Of a stretch of DNA of 64,000 nt, positions 38,713 through 49,820 are shown one piece after another; the first letter of the stretch is position 1, and each line of letters opens with the position of its first letter. The notes under the pieces are model-generated. The model ran no database searches. It was not told the DNA's origin and saw only the letters and a program-made list of their open reading frames with translations. Source of the DNA: Gemmatimonadales bacterium (GTDB lineage Bacteria > Gemmatimonadota > Gemmatimonadetes > Gemmatimonadales > GWC2-71-9); NCBI GenBank assembly GCA_965249575.1, contig OZ252244.1, positions 2,560,001 to 2,624,000 on the forward strand, read 5' to 3'. Position numbers and translations under genes: made by a program.

Positions 38713-39200
38713 GACTCGCTCCTTCCTCTGGATCGCCTCGCTGGGCGCGGTTCCCTACGCGCTCCCAGACCGATGTACTGTTGTTATCGGCAGGAGTCCG
38801 AAAGAAAGTACCGGCGAGATTTGATGCCGCATGGTGACGCGGCTCACAACCCGAGTGTGGGACCTCGCGCCCCGTTTCGCCAGGCCCGCTTGCCGGCACT
38901 CGCCCAGGCACGGCGGGTGGTATCTGTAACAAGTTGTGGATACAACACTTAGCAGTAAGGTGGGTCGTGTCAGCCCCTGGTCGTAGGGAGCGTTGGTGTC
39001 CTCAACGCGTCGACGCGCGCTCGCGGCGGCGCGATGCGTTTTCCGCCACTACATTCGAGGGGCCGGCGATCGTCGGCAAGTGGCCTACCTTTGGGCTGGG
39101 GGCAAGTTCATACACACGCCGAGTGGCCACGCTGGCCGCCCGCGGTCTTCAGCCGAGCCGACCCGCTTATCGGTGCCATAGCTGCGGTGGGAGGAGAGCG

Positions 39201-40293
39201 ATGAACGCGTACCGGGCGGAAGTCGTCGGCAGCATGCTACGCCCAGACTATCTCTTGGCGGCTCGCGACGACCATCGGGCCGGCGTGATCACCGATGCAG
39301 CTTTCAAACGAATCGAAGACCGCGCGGTGGACGAGTGTCTCGCGATTCAAGTGCGGGCTGGTGTCGATATCGTGACCGACGGAGAAATGCGTCGCAACGT
39401 CTTTGCGAGCCAGCTAGCGGAGGCGACGGAAGGGTTTGAGTCGGTCGAGGGCAACGCGGTCGATTGGTTCACACGTGAGGGCAGGGTCGAGAGTAGCCCG
39501 GTCACGGTCGGGCTCGTGGCGAGAATCAAACGGCGGCGGCACCTGTCGGCAGAGGAGTTCACGTACCTCCGGTCGCGAACGGATCGGCCGGTGAAGGTGA
39601 CGTTTCCCAGCCCAACGATGTACGCTTACTACTGGATGGCTGGCGTTTCAGATGCCGCCTATCCATCGACTGACGCCTATCTCGCTGACGTAACGGACAT
39701 TCTGAAGGACGAGGTCACGGAGCTCGTGAGGCTCGGAGCCGAGTACATACAGGTCGACGCCCCGGAGTTCGGGATGTTGCTCGACCCCCATCAGCGGCGC
39801 TGGTTCGAGAGCAAGGGATTCGTTCCCCAGCGCATGATCTCATGATGGAGTCGAGATGATCGATGCCCTGATCGCTGGACACCCCGGGATCACCTTCGGT
39901 CTCCATGTGTGCCGAGGCAACGACGCGAGCCGTTACATGGCGAAAGGGAGCTACGCATCGCTTGCGAGAGAGATCTTTACACGGACCAGTGCCCACGTGT
40001 TGCTGTTGGAGTACGACGACGAGCGATCCGGGGATTTCGAGCCTTTGAGGCTCGTCCCCGACGACAAGATCGTGGTGCTGGGCCTCGTCACCACCAAGTG
40101 GCCGCGGGAGGAGACCGTCGAGGAGCTTCGATCCCGTATCGAGGAAGCGAGCCGGTACGTGTCGTTGGATCGGCTGTCTCTCAGCACGCAGTGCGGCTTC
40201 GCGTCGGTCGCCAAGGGAAACGCGATCCCGTTCCCGCTACAGGAAAAGAAACTCAGGTTGGTGAAGCAGGTCGCCGACAGTGTTTGGGGCTGA
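39201..40293 (+). pseudogene. Cobalamin-independent methionine synthase II family protein, frameshifted
   Basis: EVVGSMLRP, TDGEMRR, YIQVDAP, then +1 break near 39840, then LHVCRGN, LEYDD and STQCGFAS. Confidence 0.85.
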
Positions 40294-40294
40294 C

Positions 40295-41430
40295 ATGAGA
40301 GAGCCGAGGGTCTTGTCGCTGCGGGCCGCCGGGGAGCGCCGCCACCGGTCCGGGAGGGGGAGGGGGAGGGGGAGGTACCGTGACGACTGTTGAGGTCACT
40401 CCCGCCGTGAGCACGTTAACGTCGATCGGTGAGTCCGTCTCGCTTGCCGCAGTCGCCAGGGATCAGGGGGGCGATTCGTTACCGGCCAGTCCCACACCTG
40501 GTCGTCCTCCAACGACGCCGTCGTCACGGTCAACCAGTCCGGTATCGCCACCGCTGTAGGCAACGGATCGGCCACATTACAGCGACGACCTCCGCTATCG
40601 ACGGCACCGCGAGGGTCACGGTCGCTCAGACAACGGCTGCCGTGGCGGTATCGCTCGATGGATTCACGGTGGGCTTGGGCGATACCGTGCGACTAACCGC
40701 GGTCCAGCTGGACGCGAACCGACACCAGGTGTCGGGGCACCAGCGATCTCCTGGTCGACGACCTCCCCTTCGATCGTTGCGGTCGACCCGAGCGGGCTGG
40801 TGACCGCCAATGGCGTGGGGTCGGCGATGATAACGGCAACATCGAGCAACGGCGTGTCGGTGAGCGCGATGATAACCGTCTCGGGAGCAGCCGTGACATC
40901 GGTGGACGTGACGGCCGCGATCTCGACGCTCGTCTCCGTGGGTGAGACTCTCCAGCTAACCGCTCAGGCCCGGGACTCGTCGAACGGCGTACTCTCGGGC
41001 AGGTTGATTTCTTGGGTTTCCTCCGACGACTCGGTCATGACGGTCAGCTCGTCGGGCCTGGTTACCGCCGTTCCCAGCGGATCGGCGTCCGTGACCGCTA
41101 CGACTTCGGGCGTTGATGGGTCGGTCGCCCTGACCGTAGCGCAGGAAGTCGACACGGTCATGGTGATTCCCGCAGTCGTCAGCGTCGTCGCCGGTGACAC
41201 CGTCCGGCTGACCGCGATACAGGCCGATGCAAACGCCAACGAGGTGCTGGGTGCTCCGCCCCCCGCGTGGTCGACGTCCAGTATGATGTTCGCCACGGTC
41301 GATTCGGCAGGCCTCGTGACGGGCATTGAAGGCGGACCGCCGGTGATTACCGCGACGTCGAGCAATGGCAAGAGTGGCACGGCGATGCTGACTGTCACCG
41401 GAGGCTTTCCGGCGATTCCCATGCAGGTCG
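40295..41430 (+). pseudogene. Ig-like (Big_2) repeat surface protein with several frameshifts
   Basis: Repeated VTxVxVT..GE(S/T)xxL.A.A.D..W.SS....TV..SG.VTA..G.A.ITAT units spread over several frames; truncated at both ends. Confidence 0.75.
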
Positions 41431-41492
41431 GCCGAGCTGCTCGAGCCGAAGCCACCTTCGAAAGGGCGGGCGACCCGACGCGTCCCTCACGC

Positions 41493-42923
41493 TTACACGC
41501 CGCTCTTTGGCGCTGGGGCGTCGGACGCGGCAGTCGGCTGCCTCCGCCCAAACCCCGTGACGATCGCCAGCACGACCATCGCCAACAGTGCCCACGAGTG
41601 GAAGTTGTGTAGCCCAACCCCCCAGGGGGACACTCGAGACATGCCAAATTCGAGACCCGCGGCCGTCGTGCTCGCGGCCAGGATCGTCGGGACGAAAAAC
41701 GGGAAGAGGAACGGGTATGTGCAGACGGTGATGTCGAGAATGTTTGCACGACGGTAGGGATGAAGGCCAAGAGCAGCGCCGGTCTCGCGAGCAAACCGTC
41801 CCACTGTGAGGATGGCGACGACGGAGTGCGTGGTGAGGAGCACGGCGCCCGATACCGCTCCGAAGATCCAGAGCTCGGCCCCGCGCGCCGAGTGACTGCG
41901 CTGCTTCGCATGATCGACCAGCTTGCCGAGAATTCCGGAGGCCTCGAGTCCGCCCACCAGGCCCATCAGCAGGATGGTGAAGACCGATACGCCGATACCG
42001 CGTTCCATCCCCTCCACGATGATCCCCCGCGCCCCGAAACGCTCAGTATCGATGTAGAGCACAGCCGACGGCGCCACCAGTTGGAGTGCGAGCGCCAGCC
42101 CCGTCGCCGCGAGGATCCCGAACAACAGTCCCTCCAAGAGATGCCGGCGAGCCAGAAGCAGCCCGATCACGAGCACCGGTACCAGCAGCATCGGGAGGCC
42201 AGAGGGATCTCCACTGAGGTCACCCCCTTGCGTCGGGACCGCCGGAGCCCCGGCACTTCCGGTCAACCAGTAGAGCACCAGGGCGACCCCGGCAGCGGGT
42301 AGGGCGTACACGAGGCGACTCCTGACGACCCCACCCAGGTCGGCTCCCTGTGTCGTGGCGGAGGCGATGGTGGTATCGGACACCGGCGAGATGTTGTCGC
42401 CAAAGGTCGCGCCGCCGATGATTGCGCCCATGAGGACAGCCGGGCTCGCCCCGAGCGCGCCACCTGCGGGAAACAGGAGTGGCGAGCACAGGACGATGGT
42501 GCCCAGGCTCGTCCCGGTCGACGTCGACACGGCGCAGCAGATCAGGAAGGTGGCGGCCACGAAGGATCCTCCTGAGACGCCAACGCGGCCCGCGGACCAC
42601 ACCAGGGCCTCGATGAACCCGCTCGCGTTCATGAGAGATCCGAGGACCCCCGCCAACAACCACGCCATGATCATGAGCATCACGATGGGTTGGCTCATCC
42701 CCCGGATCATGGCGGTCGCGTATGCGGTCCGGTCTCGAGCCAGGGCGATGCCCAGGCCCAGGGAACCGAGCAAGATCGGCCAGAACCCTCTTTCATCGGG
42801 GGCCCCCGACAGGCCCAGCCAGGCGACGCCGCCCAGGAACAGCGCGAACGGCGCGAGCGCGCCGGTGGCGCCGCCGCGGAACCGCAACGGATGAGCGTCG
42901 GTGGCGCCGGTCAGTGAATTCAC
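41493..42923 (-). CDS. Na+/H+ antiporter NhaC-family transporter
   Basis: STGTSLGT and GATFGDNISPVSDTTIASA; multiple TMs. Confidence 0.88.
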   Translation of the reverse strand: MNSLTGATDAHPLRFRGGATGALAPFALFLGGVAWLGLSGAPDERGFWPILLGSLGLGIALARDRTAYATAMIRGMSQPIVMLMIMAWLLAGVLGSLMNASGFIEALVWSAGRVGVSGGSFVAATFLICCAVSTSTGTSLGTIVLCSPLLFPAGGALGASPAVLMGAIIGGATFGDNISPVSDTTIASATTQGADLGGVVRSRLVYALPAAGVALVLYWLTGSAGAPAVPTQGGDLSGDPSGLPMLLVPVLVIGLLLARRHLLEGLLFGILAATGLALALQLVAPSAVLYIDTERFGARGIIVEGMERGIGVSVFTILLMGLVGGLEASGILGKLVDHAKQRSHSARGAELWIFGAVSGAVLLTTHSVVAILTVGRFARETGAALGLHPYRRANILDITVCTYPFLFPFFVPTILAASTTAAGLEFGMSRVSPWGVGLHNFHSWALLAMVVLAIVTGFGRRQPTAASDAPAPKSGV

Positions 42924-43035
42924 GCTTGCACCATAGTGTACTTTGAAAACGGCTACCCGAGGGGCCAGCGGGGCCGCGGCCTGTCAGGGCCCGGGAAGCT
43001 ACTGGCCGGATCAACCGCGCGAAAGGAGCGCCTTC

Positions 43036-43374
43036 GTGGCTGACTCGGATGAATTCACGCTGTACGATCTGCGCGTTGAAGTCGCAGAGTCCCGCGGTCG
43101 CATGATATGCAACCACAAAATCGGTGACTACTTTGAGTTGTCGGGGGAGAACTTGTCGCTTCCAGAAGGACAAACCTTCCCGATCTATCCGTTGGCGGCG
43201 CTGCTGGCGCTGCTGCCGGCGAAGCAGCGAGCGACGCATGCTAACGATTGGATGACCACCGATACCGACATCGCGTGTCCCGATCCTCACTGCGGCGCGA
43301 TCTTTCGAATTACGCGTACGGGGAAGACGACATTCCGGCACGGCGACGTCTCTGCCGTGCCGCTCGACCGCTGA
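43036..43374 (+). CDS. TIGR04076 family protein
   Basis: FTLYDLRVEV..CNH..GDYFELSGENL..LLPAKQR..WMTTD..IACPDPHCGAIFRI. Confidence 0.85.
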   Translation: MADSDEFTLYDLRVEVAESRGRMICNHKIGDYFELSGENLSLPEGQTFPIYPLAALLALLPAKQRATHANDWMTTDTDIACPDPHCGAIFRITRTGKTTFRHGDVSAVPLDR

Positions 43375-43432
43375 GGCGGAGGTTGTCGACACCAATGACT
43401 GGGATAGTCACAGTTGAGCCGGAGGTCGTCAG

Positions 43433-44524
43433 GTGACCGTGCTGCCGACTCCGGAGGGCGCAGCACGAGTGGAACGAGTCACACTCGATGGCTCCTATAC
43501 GATCTCGCGAATCGTTGCCGGGGGCTGGCAGTTGTCGGCAGGTCACTCCGAATCTCAGCTAACCCGCGAGGGCGCGACCGACGCCCTGTTGCGGTATGCG
43601 GACGCCGGTGTAACGACGTTCGACTGTGCGGACATTTACACGGGCGTCGAGGACTTGTTCGGTGAATTCCTGCGCGAGTACCGAAATCGCCTCGGAACGG
43701 AAGCGCCCAATGTGCAGGTCCACGCGAAGTTCGTACCCGATCTCGACACTCTGCATCAAATCGACCGGAGGTACGTCGAGTCCATCATCGATCGTTCGCT
43801 CGAGCGGCTTGGGGTCGAACAGCTGGATCTCGTGCAGTTCGCGTGGTGGGACTACCGTGTACCGCGGTATGTCGAGACGGGCCTCTGGCTCGAAGACCTG
43901 CGTGCGGCGGGCAAGATCGCTCGGCTGGGGGCTACCAACTTCGACGTCCCGCGGCTCGAAGAACTGGCGTCGGCCGGTATCCGGTTCGTGGCGCATCAGG
44001 TACAGTACTCGCTCCTCGATCGACGGCCCGAGAACGGCATGATCGATTGCTGTCGGAAGCATGGCATCAAATTGCTGTGTTACGGTTCGCTGGCGGGGGG
44101 CTTCCTATCGGAGCGCTACGTTGGGGCCCCGGAGCCGGAGCCCCCGCTGTCGACGCGCTCCCTCACGAAGTACTCTCTCATCGTCGAGGAGTTTGGGGGC
44201 TGGGGCGCTTACCAGGATCTGCTATCCGCGCTCGACGCGGTGGCCCGGAGGCGCGGAACAACCTTGCCGAGCATCGCCATCCGTTACGTGCTTTCGAGGC
44301 CGCAAGTCGCTGGCGTCGTCGTGGGCGTTCGGAACGCCGCCCATCTCGAGGCGAATCTAAACGGTCTTGCCGTCCAGTTGGATTCGGACGATCTCGAGCG
44401 TATTCACGCGGTCTTGAGGCAGCACCCCGGACCCAGCGGTGACGTGTTCTCGCTCGAGCGCATCCCGGGCGGCCCACACGCTGCAATCATGAGGTACAAT
44501 CTCAACCGAGCGGGCGCGGTCTGA
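43433..44524 (+). CDS. Aldo/keto reductase
   Basis: GGWQL, FDCADIY, SLERLGVEQLDLVQ and QVQYSLLDRRP. Confidence 0.92.
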   Translation: MTVLPTPEGAARVERVTLDGSYTISRIVAGGWQLSAGHSESQLTREGATDALLRYADAGVTTFDCADIYTGVEDLFGEFLREYRNRLGTEAPNVQVHAKFVPDLDTLHQIDRRYVESIIDRSLERLGVEQLDLVQFAWWDYRVPRYVETGLWLEDLRAAGKIARLGATNFDVPRLEELASAGIRFVAHQVQYSLLDRRPENGMIDCCRKHGIKLLCYGSLAGGFLSERYVGAPEPEPPLSTRSLTKYSLIVEEFGGWGAYQDLLSALDAVARRRGTTLPSIAIRYVLSRPQVAGVVVGVRNAAHLEANLNGLAVQLDSDDLERIHAVLRQHPGPSGDVFSLERIPGGPHAAIMRYNLNRAGAV

Positions 44525-44567
44525 GGCCGGAGCCGCGGGGGGCCCACAGCACTCACCGCTCTTTCGC

Positions 44568-47093
44568 ATGCAAGGTATGAAACGACGATCAACGTCTCCC
44601 GAGATCCATAAGTTCGGCGGCGCCTCGCTCGCCGACGCCGCCGGCATCCGGCACGCGGTTTCGATTGTGCGGGGGCGCAGGGGCACACCGCTGGTCGTTG
44701 TCGTATCAGCCCTCGCCGGCGTCAGCGACGCGCTATTGGAGCTTGCTGCCAGGGCGTCCCAGGGTGACTTGAGCGGCGCGAACGCGACGGCAGATGTGCT
44801 GCGGCGGCGGCACGCCGACGCCACCCGGGCGCTGGTACCGGCCGGCACCAGGCGCAAGGAGATACTCCAGCTCATCGCCACCGCGTTCGGAGAGGTCGAG
44901 GAACTCGTTCGCGGTCTCGCGGTGCTGCGCGAGCTGACCCCCCGTACGACGGACTATGTCGTGGCGCGCGGCGAGAGGCTAAGCGCGCAACTGTTTGCGG
45001 CCGCTCTCCGCACGATCCGGCGACGGGCCGCGTACGTGGAGCCCCTGGAGATCATCAAGACCGACGGCCACTTTGGAAACGCGTTTCCCGATCTCTGGCA
45101 GACCGACCGCGCCGTCCGGAGAGTGCTCGCGCCTCTGCTGGCTCGTGGCGCCGTCCCGGTGGTACCGGGATTCATCGGCGCTACACCGGACGGCCAGGTC
45201 GCGACGTTGGGGCGGGGAGGTACGGACTTCACCGCCACGTTGCTGGCGCGCGCGTTGCGGTCGAAGGAAGTATCGCTGTGGAAGGACGTCCCGGGCCTGC
45301 TGACTGCCGATCCCCGCGTGGTTCCAGATGCCAGGGTGCTTCCCCAGATGAACATTCGGGAAGCCGCCGAGCTGGCATACTACGGGGCCAAAGTGCTGCA
45401 TCCGCGAGCTCTGATTCCGATCGTCGATTCCCGAGTCGCGGTACGGATCCGGCCCTTCGCGGACCCCGCGGCGAAAGGTACGGAAATCTCTCGCCGGCGT
45501 ACGTTGGCGACCTTCCCCGTGAAAGCACTCTCCGCCGTCTCGGATCAGGCATTGATCACGGTGACCGGCAACGGCATGCTCGGCGTCCCCGGGATCGCCG
45601 CCCGAGCGTTTACCGCGCTCCAGACGCGTGGGATCTCCGTGTCACTCATCACCCAGGCCTCGTCTGAGCATTCGATCTCCTTCAGCGTCCCGACCGGGAG
45701 CGCGGAACGGGCACGAGCGAGCCTAATGGAGGCGTTTGACCACGAGATTCGATGGAAGGAGATCGACGGGGTCGACGTCCGTCCTGGCGTCGCGACGCTG
45801 GCGATCGTCGGACTGGGAATGGCCGGAACGCCTGGCGTCGCGGCGCGAGTGTTCTCGGCTGTCTCGGCGGTCGGAATCAACGTGATTGCGATCGCGCAGG
45901 GTTCCTCCGAGCTGAACATCTCAGCGGTCTTTGACGAATCGGACGTCGGCAAGGCCCAGCGGGCGGTCCATGACGCGTTTCAGCTGAGCAAGCTCGGCGG
46001 TGGCGGCGTGTCACAGCCGGAGCGCACGGACGTGGTCCTGTACGGGTTGGGGCAGATCGGTCGCCCGCTCGCCGCGATGATCGCCAAGGTCAGGCACAAA
46101 ACGACGACTCTGAAGATCGTCGCCGTCGTGGATCGGAGCGGGTTCGTCTTCGACGCTCGCGGGTTGTCGGCGTCTCGCATCGCCACGCTCGCGGCCGCGA
46201 AGCGCAAAGGCACCTCCCTTGCCGAGGCGGTGGGAGGGCATGCGGCAAGTGGCGTGGAGGCGGTGGGCTTCGTCGCCGGCCACGCGCTCTCGAATCCGAT
46301 CTTCGTCGATCTCACGGCGGACGAGACCGGTGACGTGCTGAAGATGGCCCTTGGATTCGGGATGAACATCGTGCTGGCGAATAAGCGTCCCATCACCGCC
46401 GAGAAGGAGAGGTATGACGAGATTCTCGCGACAGCGGAGATGCACGGGCGGAGGGTCCTGCACGAGACGACGGTGGGCGCGGGGCTCCCAATCATTGACA
46501 CCTACCACAAGCTTGTCGCCTCCGGCGACCGTGTCTACGAAATCCAGGGCTGCCCCTCCGGGACGCTCGGGTTCTTGTTCGGAGAGCTGGGAAGGGAGAA
46601 GCGCTTTTCGGAGGCGTTGCGCGGTGCCATCAAGAAAGGATATACCGAGCCGGACCCCAGAGAAGATCTTTCCGGCATGGATGTCGCGCGCAAAGCGCTT
46701 ATACTCGGCCGGCTGGTCGGTTTCTCGGGCGAGCTCGACGACGTCGCGGTAGAGTCCCTGGTGCCTCCGGGGGCGGAGGACCTGCCGCTCAAGCAGTTCC
46801 TTCGTTCGCTGGAGCAGTACGATCAGGCCTGGGGAAAGCGCGTGCAGGCTGCTCGGGCGCACGGGGGCGTGCTCCGGTACCGCGCGAAGGTGACCCCTCG
46901 GAAAGTGACAGTTGGCCTCCTCACGGTCGATCCGACCAGTTCGATGGCCTCGCTGCACGGGACCGACAACCAGTTCATCTTCACGACCATGCGCTACAAG
47001 ACGAATCCACTCGTCATTACTGGACCGGGCGCGGGTCCTGCGGTGACGGCGGGCGGCATTCTGAACGACGTGCTCAAGCTGGCCGGAGCGTGA
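44568..47093 (+). CDS. thrA: Bifunctional aspartokinase/homoserine dehydrogenase I
   Basis: HKFGGASL, TLGRGGTD, two ACT domains, GLGQIG, ANKRP, ETTVGAGLP and GPGAG. Confidence 0.95.
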   Translation: MQGMKRRSTSPEIHKFGGASLADAAGIRHAVSIVRGRRGTPLVVVVSALAGVSDALLELAARASQGDLSGANATADVLRRRHADATRALVPAGTRRKEILQLIATAFGEVEELVRGLAVLRELTPRTTDYVVARGERLSAQLFAAALRTIRRRAAYVEPLEIIKTDGHFGNAFPDLWQTDRAVRRVLAPLLARGAVPVVPGFIGATPDGQVATLGRGGTDFTATLLARALRSKEVSLWKDVPGLLTADPRVVPDARVLPQMNIREAAELAYYGAKVLHPRALIPIVDSRVAVRIRPFADPAAKGTEISRRRTLATFPVKALSAVSDQALITVTGNGMLGVPGIAARAFTALQTRGISVSLITQASSEHSISFSVPTGSAERARASLMEAFDHEIRWKEIDGVDVRPGVATLAIVGLGMAGTPGVAARVFSAVSAVGINVIAIAQGSSELNISAVFDESDVGKAQRAVHDAFQLSKLGGGGVSQPERTDVVLYGLGQIGRPLAAMIAKVRHKTTTLKIVAVVDRSGFVFDARGLSASRIATLAAAKRKGTSLAEAVGGHAASGVEAVGFVAGHALSNPIFVDLTADETGDVLKMALGFGMNIVLANKRPITAEKERYDEILATAEMHGRRVLHETTVGAGLPIIDTYHKLVASGDRVYEIQGCPSGTLGFLFGELGREKRFSEALRGAIKKGYTEPDPREDLSGMDVARKALILGRLVGFSGELDDVAVESLVPPGAEDLPLKQFLRSLEQYDQAWGKRVQAARAHGGVLRYRAKVTPRKVTVGLLTVDPTSSMASLHGTDNQFIFTTMRYKTNPLVITGPGAGPAVTAGGILNDVLKLAGA

Positions 47094-47118
47094 CGACGGG
47101 CGGCAGGCGTGGTCCCCG

Positions 47119-48426
47119 GTGCTTCCGGTGGGAGCCCTGAGCCTGGACGCCGGACCGGCTACCTGGCAGGCGTGCGCCCGCTGCGAAGCGCAGCTCGCCG
47201 AGACCGACCCCCGTGTGAAGTGCCCATCCTGCGGCGGGCTCCTGGAGGTCCATCACCGGAATCCGGACCTCCAGGGAGAACCGCTGCGCGCGCACTTTGA
47301 CTCCCGGACGGCGATTCGCGACGGGCCACTCGCGTCCGGCGTATGGCGGTTTCGGGAGCTGGTGCTTCCGGCCGCTGGGGACGACGTCGTTACCCATCCC
47401 GAAGGGAACACCCCGCTCCTCGAGCGGCGACAGGTGTCGCGCTGGGTGGGAGTCGAGCGCCTGAGTCTCAAGCACGAAGGCTACAATCCCACGGGCTCGT
47501 TCAAAGACCGCGGAATGACGGTAGGCATCACGCAGGCGTGCCGAGTTGGTGCGACCGGCGTGGCCTGTGCCTCGACGGGCAATACCGGCGCGGCCCTGGC
47601 GGCGTACGCCGGGCAGGCGGGGTTGCGGGCTCTAGTGGTCGTTCCCACCGGGCAGGTGGCGCTTGGCAAGCTCACGCAGGTCGTCGCGTACGGGGCGCGG
47701 ACATTGCTCGTACGCGGTGACTTCGACGCGTGCCTCGACCTCGTGCAGGAGGCGAGCCGGGAGCTTGGGGTGTATCTGTTGAACTCCATCAACCCGTTCC
47801 GGCTCGAAGGACAGAAGACGATCGTCCTGGAGCTTCTTCAGCAGCTCCGGTGGAACGCTCCGGATTGGATAGTGCTGCCGGCGGGGAACCTGGGGAACAC
47901 GGCCGCCTTCGGGCAGGTGCTGGTCTCGGCAAAGGAGCTGGGCCTGATTGCCCGCGTGCCGAAACTGGCGGCGATTCAGGCTAAGGGCGCAGCCCCGTTT
48001 GCGGCGAGTTTTCAAGCAGGGTTCGCGCAACGCGTCCGTGTAAGGGCCGAGACGATTGCGACGGCGATCCGAATCGGAGATCCCGCATCCTACGATCGGG
48101 CCGTGCGGGCGATTCGCGATACTGATGGGGTGGTCGCCACCGTGACCGACGAGGCAATCCTCGACGCGAAGGCGTTGATCGACGCGTCGGGCGTTGGCTG
48201 CGAGCCGGCCAGTGCCGCGAGCGTGGCGGGCACGCGGCAGCTCGTGAAGGAAGGAGTGATCGGGCCGGCGGACACGGTCGTCGCGGTGCTGACCGGCCAC
48301 CTGTTGAAGGATCCCGGGATCGTGACGCGGTACCACCAGCAAACCGAACCGCCACCGGCTCGTGCGAATCGCCCGATAGAAATCGACCCGACGCTCTCCG
48401 AAGTCGAGCGAGCGCTACGAGAGTGA
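47119..48426 (+). CDS. thrC: Threonine synthase
   Basis: KHEGYNPTGSFKDRG PLP lysine, CASTGNT, N-terminal zinc ribbon. Confidence 0.95.
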   Translation: MLPVGALSLDAGPATWQACARCEAQLAETDPRVKCPSCGGLLEVHHRNPDLQGEPLRAHFDSRTAIRDGPLASGVWRFRELVLPAAGDDVVTHPEGNTPLLERRQVSRWVGVERLSLKHEGYNPTGSFKDRGMTVGITQACRVGATGVACASTGNTGAALAAYAGQAGLRALVVVPTGQVALGKLTQVVAYGARTLLVRGDFDACLDLVQEASRELGVYLLNSINPFRLEGQKTIVLELLQQLRWNAPDWIVLPAGNLGNTAAFGQVLVSAKELGLIARVPKLAAIQAKGAAPFAASFQAGFAQRVRVRAETIATAIRIGDPASYDRAVRAIRDTDGVVATVTDEAILDAKALIDASGVGCEPASAASVAGTRQLVKEGVIGPADTVVAVLTGHLLKDPGIVTRYHQQTEPPPARANRPIEIDPTLSEVERALRE

Positions 48427-48460
48427 GGTGTGCGACCCGTTCGAAGCCGCCCCGCGGTGC

Positions 48461-49300
48461 TCAGGAGGGTGAATCGGAGCCCGACGGGGAGGGGGGCGTG
48501 GGTCCGTCCGGGCGGGTCGTTAGCTGATCGGTCCGGCGGCGTTCCTTCTCGCCATCGTAGAGAGCGCGCCTCGACTTGATGCGCCCGACCGTACCGATCC
48601 CGGCCGCGGTCTCGAGCGCCGGTCGATTGAGGATGGCGATCTTTCGCCGGGCGACCTCGATGATGCGCTGGTTGGCGAGGCTGCTCATCGTGCGAGAGAC
48701 GGTCTCGCGGCTGGATCCAAGCATCTGTGCGATTTGATGATGCGTTATTCGCTTCGAGATGTGCTCGCCGTCGCCTTCGTCGGCAAGCTGCAGGAGCAGC
48801 CGCGCGACACGGCCCGGGACGTCGAGCAGGATCAAGCCCCCAATTCGGGCGTCAGCCTCGCGCATCCACGTGCAGAGTGCGCGCAGCAACCCCACGGCGA
48901 TCTCGGGTACGTCGGTCAGGCACCGGCGGAAGTCGTCGCGACGTAACACCAGGAGATTCGCATCTTCCATCGCGATGACGTGCGCCGATCGGGGCTCGTC
49001 ATCGATCAGCGACATCTCGCCGAAGAACTCGCCTTTGCTTCGTATCGAGAGAATCACCTCTCGGCCGTCCTCGGCGATGAGCACGATCTTTACCTGCCCG
49101 CCGACCACGACGTAAAGCGAGTCGCCGGGATCATCCTCGAACACGATAATGCTGTTCTTGGGATAGAACCTGGGCCGTACGGCCTGTGCTATCCTCGCGA
49201 TGTCGCCCTCGCTGAAGAAACCGCAAAGAACGTCGTAGGCTCGGCTTAGGGTGTCCACAATTCCCCGGAGCGGGTCCGGATGGGACAGGGACAGGGCCAC
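48461..49300 (-). CDS. Crp/Fnr family transcriptional regulator
   Basis: FFGEMSL..PRSA cNMP motif; HTH IAQMLGSSRETVSR. Confidence 0.92.
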   Translation of the reverse strand: MALSLSHPDPLRGIVDTLSRAYDVLCGFFSEGDIARIAQAVRPRFYPKNSIIVFEDDPGDSLYVVVGGQVKIVLIAEDGREVILSIRSKGEFFGEMSLIDDEPRSAHVIAMEDANLLVLRRDDFRRCLTDVPEIAVGLLRALCTWMREADARIGGLILLDVPGRVARLLLQLADEGDGEHISKRITHHQIAQMLGSSRETVSRTMSSLANQRIIEVARRKIAILNRPALETAAGIGTVGRIKSRRALYDGEKERRRTDQLTTRPDGPTPPSPSGSDSPS

Positions 49301-49357
49301 GACTAGTTTTGTGAGCGGGACCGGGCATAGGGGTTATCGGCCAACGGAGGAGGTGAC

Positions 49358-49810
49358 ATGGGCGAGCTACACGAGACATCGCGAGACGCAGCTGATCCGC
49401 GTGCCGTGGTGGAGGGAGGCGACGGTATCAGCGTCATCCGCGGCAGTGCGATCAGCCGGAGTTGGAACGGAATTCAATACAAAGTGGGGCTGTCGTCAAA
49501 GAACGTCGGCTCTAGCCAGCTCTCCATAAACGTCGCGACGATCCCACCGGGAGGCGTTGCGTTCGCCCACATCCACGTCGACTTCGAGGTGATGTTGTAC
49601 ATTCTCGCCGGGCGGTTAAGGCACGAATACGGCCCCCGCCTGGAACGCGTGGTCGAGAACACCGTCGGCGACTTCATTTACATCGAGCCGGGGGTGCCCC
49701 ACGAGGTGTTCAACTTGAGCGTTTCGGAGCCGGTCCTTGCCGTCGTGGCTCGGTCGGATGCCTCGGAGTGGGAGCACATCATCCCCTACCACCGATCGAG
49801 CGGAAGTTAG
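49358..49810 (+). CDS. Cupin domain protein
   Basis: AHIHVDFE and GDFIYIEPGVPH; GGAGG RBS. Confidence 0.88.
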   Translation: MGELHETSRDAADPRAVVEGGDGISVIRGSAISRSWNGIQYKVGLSSKNVGSSQLSINVATIPPGGVAFAHIHVDFEVMLYILAGRLRHEYGPRLERVVENTVGDFIYIEPGVPHEVFNLSVSEPVLAVVARSDASEWEHIIPYHRSSGS

Positions 49811-49820
49811 GGCACGGCGC

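Noticed and set aside
38935..38943. DnaA box / replication origin (TGTGGATAC)
   Set aside because: A single 8/9 match with no box cluster, AT-rich unwinding element or origin-linked genes
38713..39200. SAM or cobalamin riboswitch upstream of the MetE-like gene
   Set aside because: I could not find the conserved cores of either family by eye; an Rfam scan would settle it
39843..39845. TGA ending the first half of the MetE-like gene as a second selenocysteine
   Set aside because: The downstream half (39856) is in a different frame; one extra base near 39840 explains the split, and the position is not a Cys site
40352..40375. G-quadruplex-like GGAGGG repeat
   Set aside because: Best explained as poly-Gly linker codons at the start of the Big_2 pseudogene
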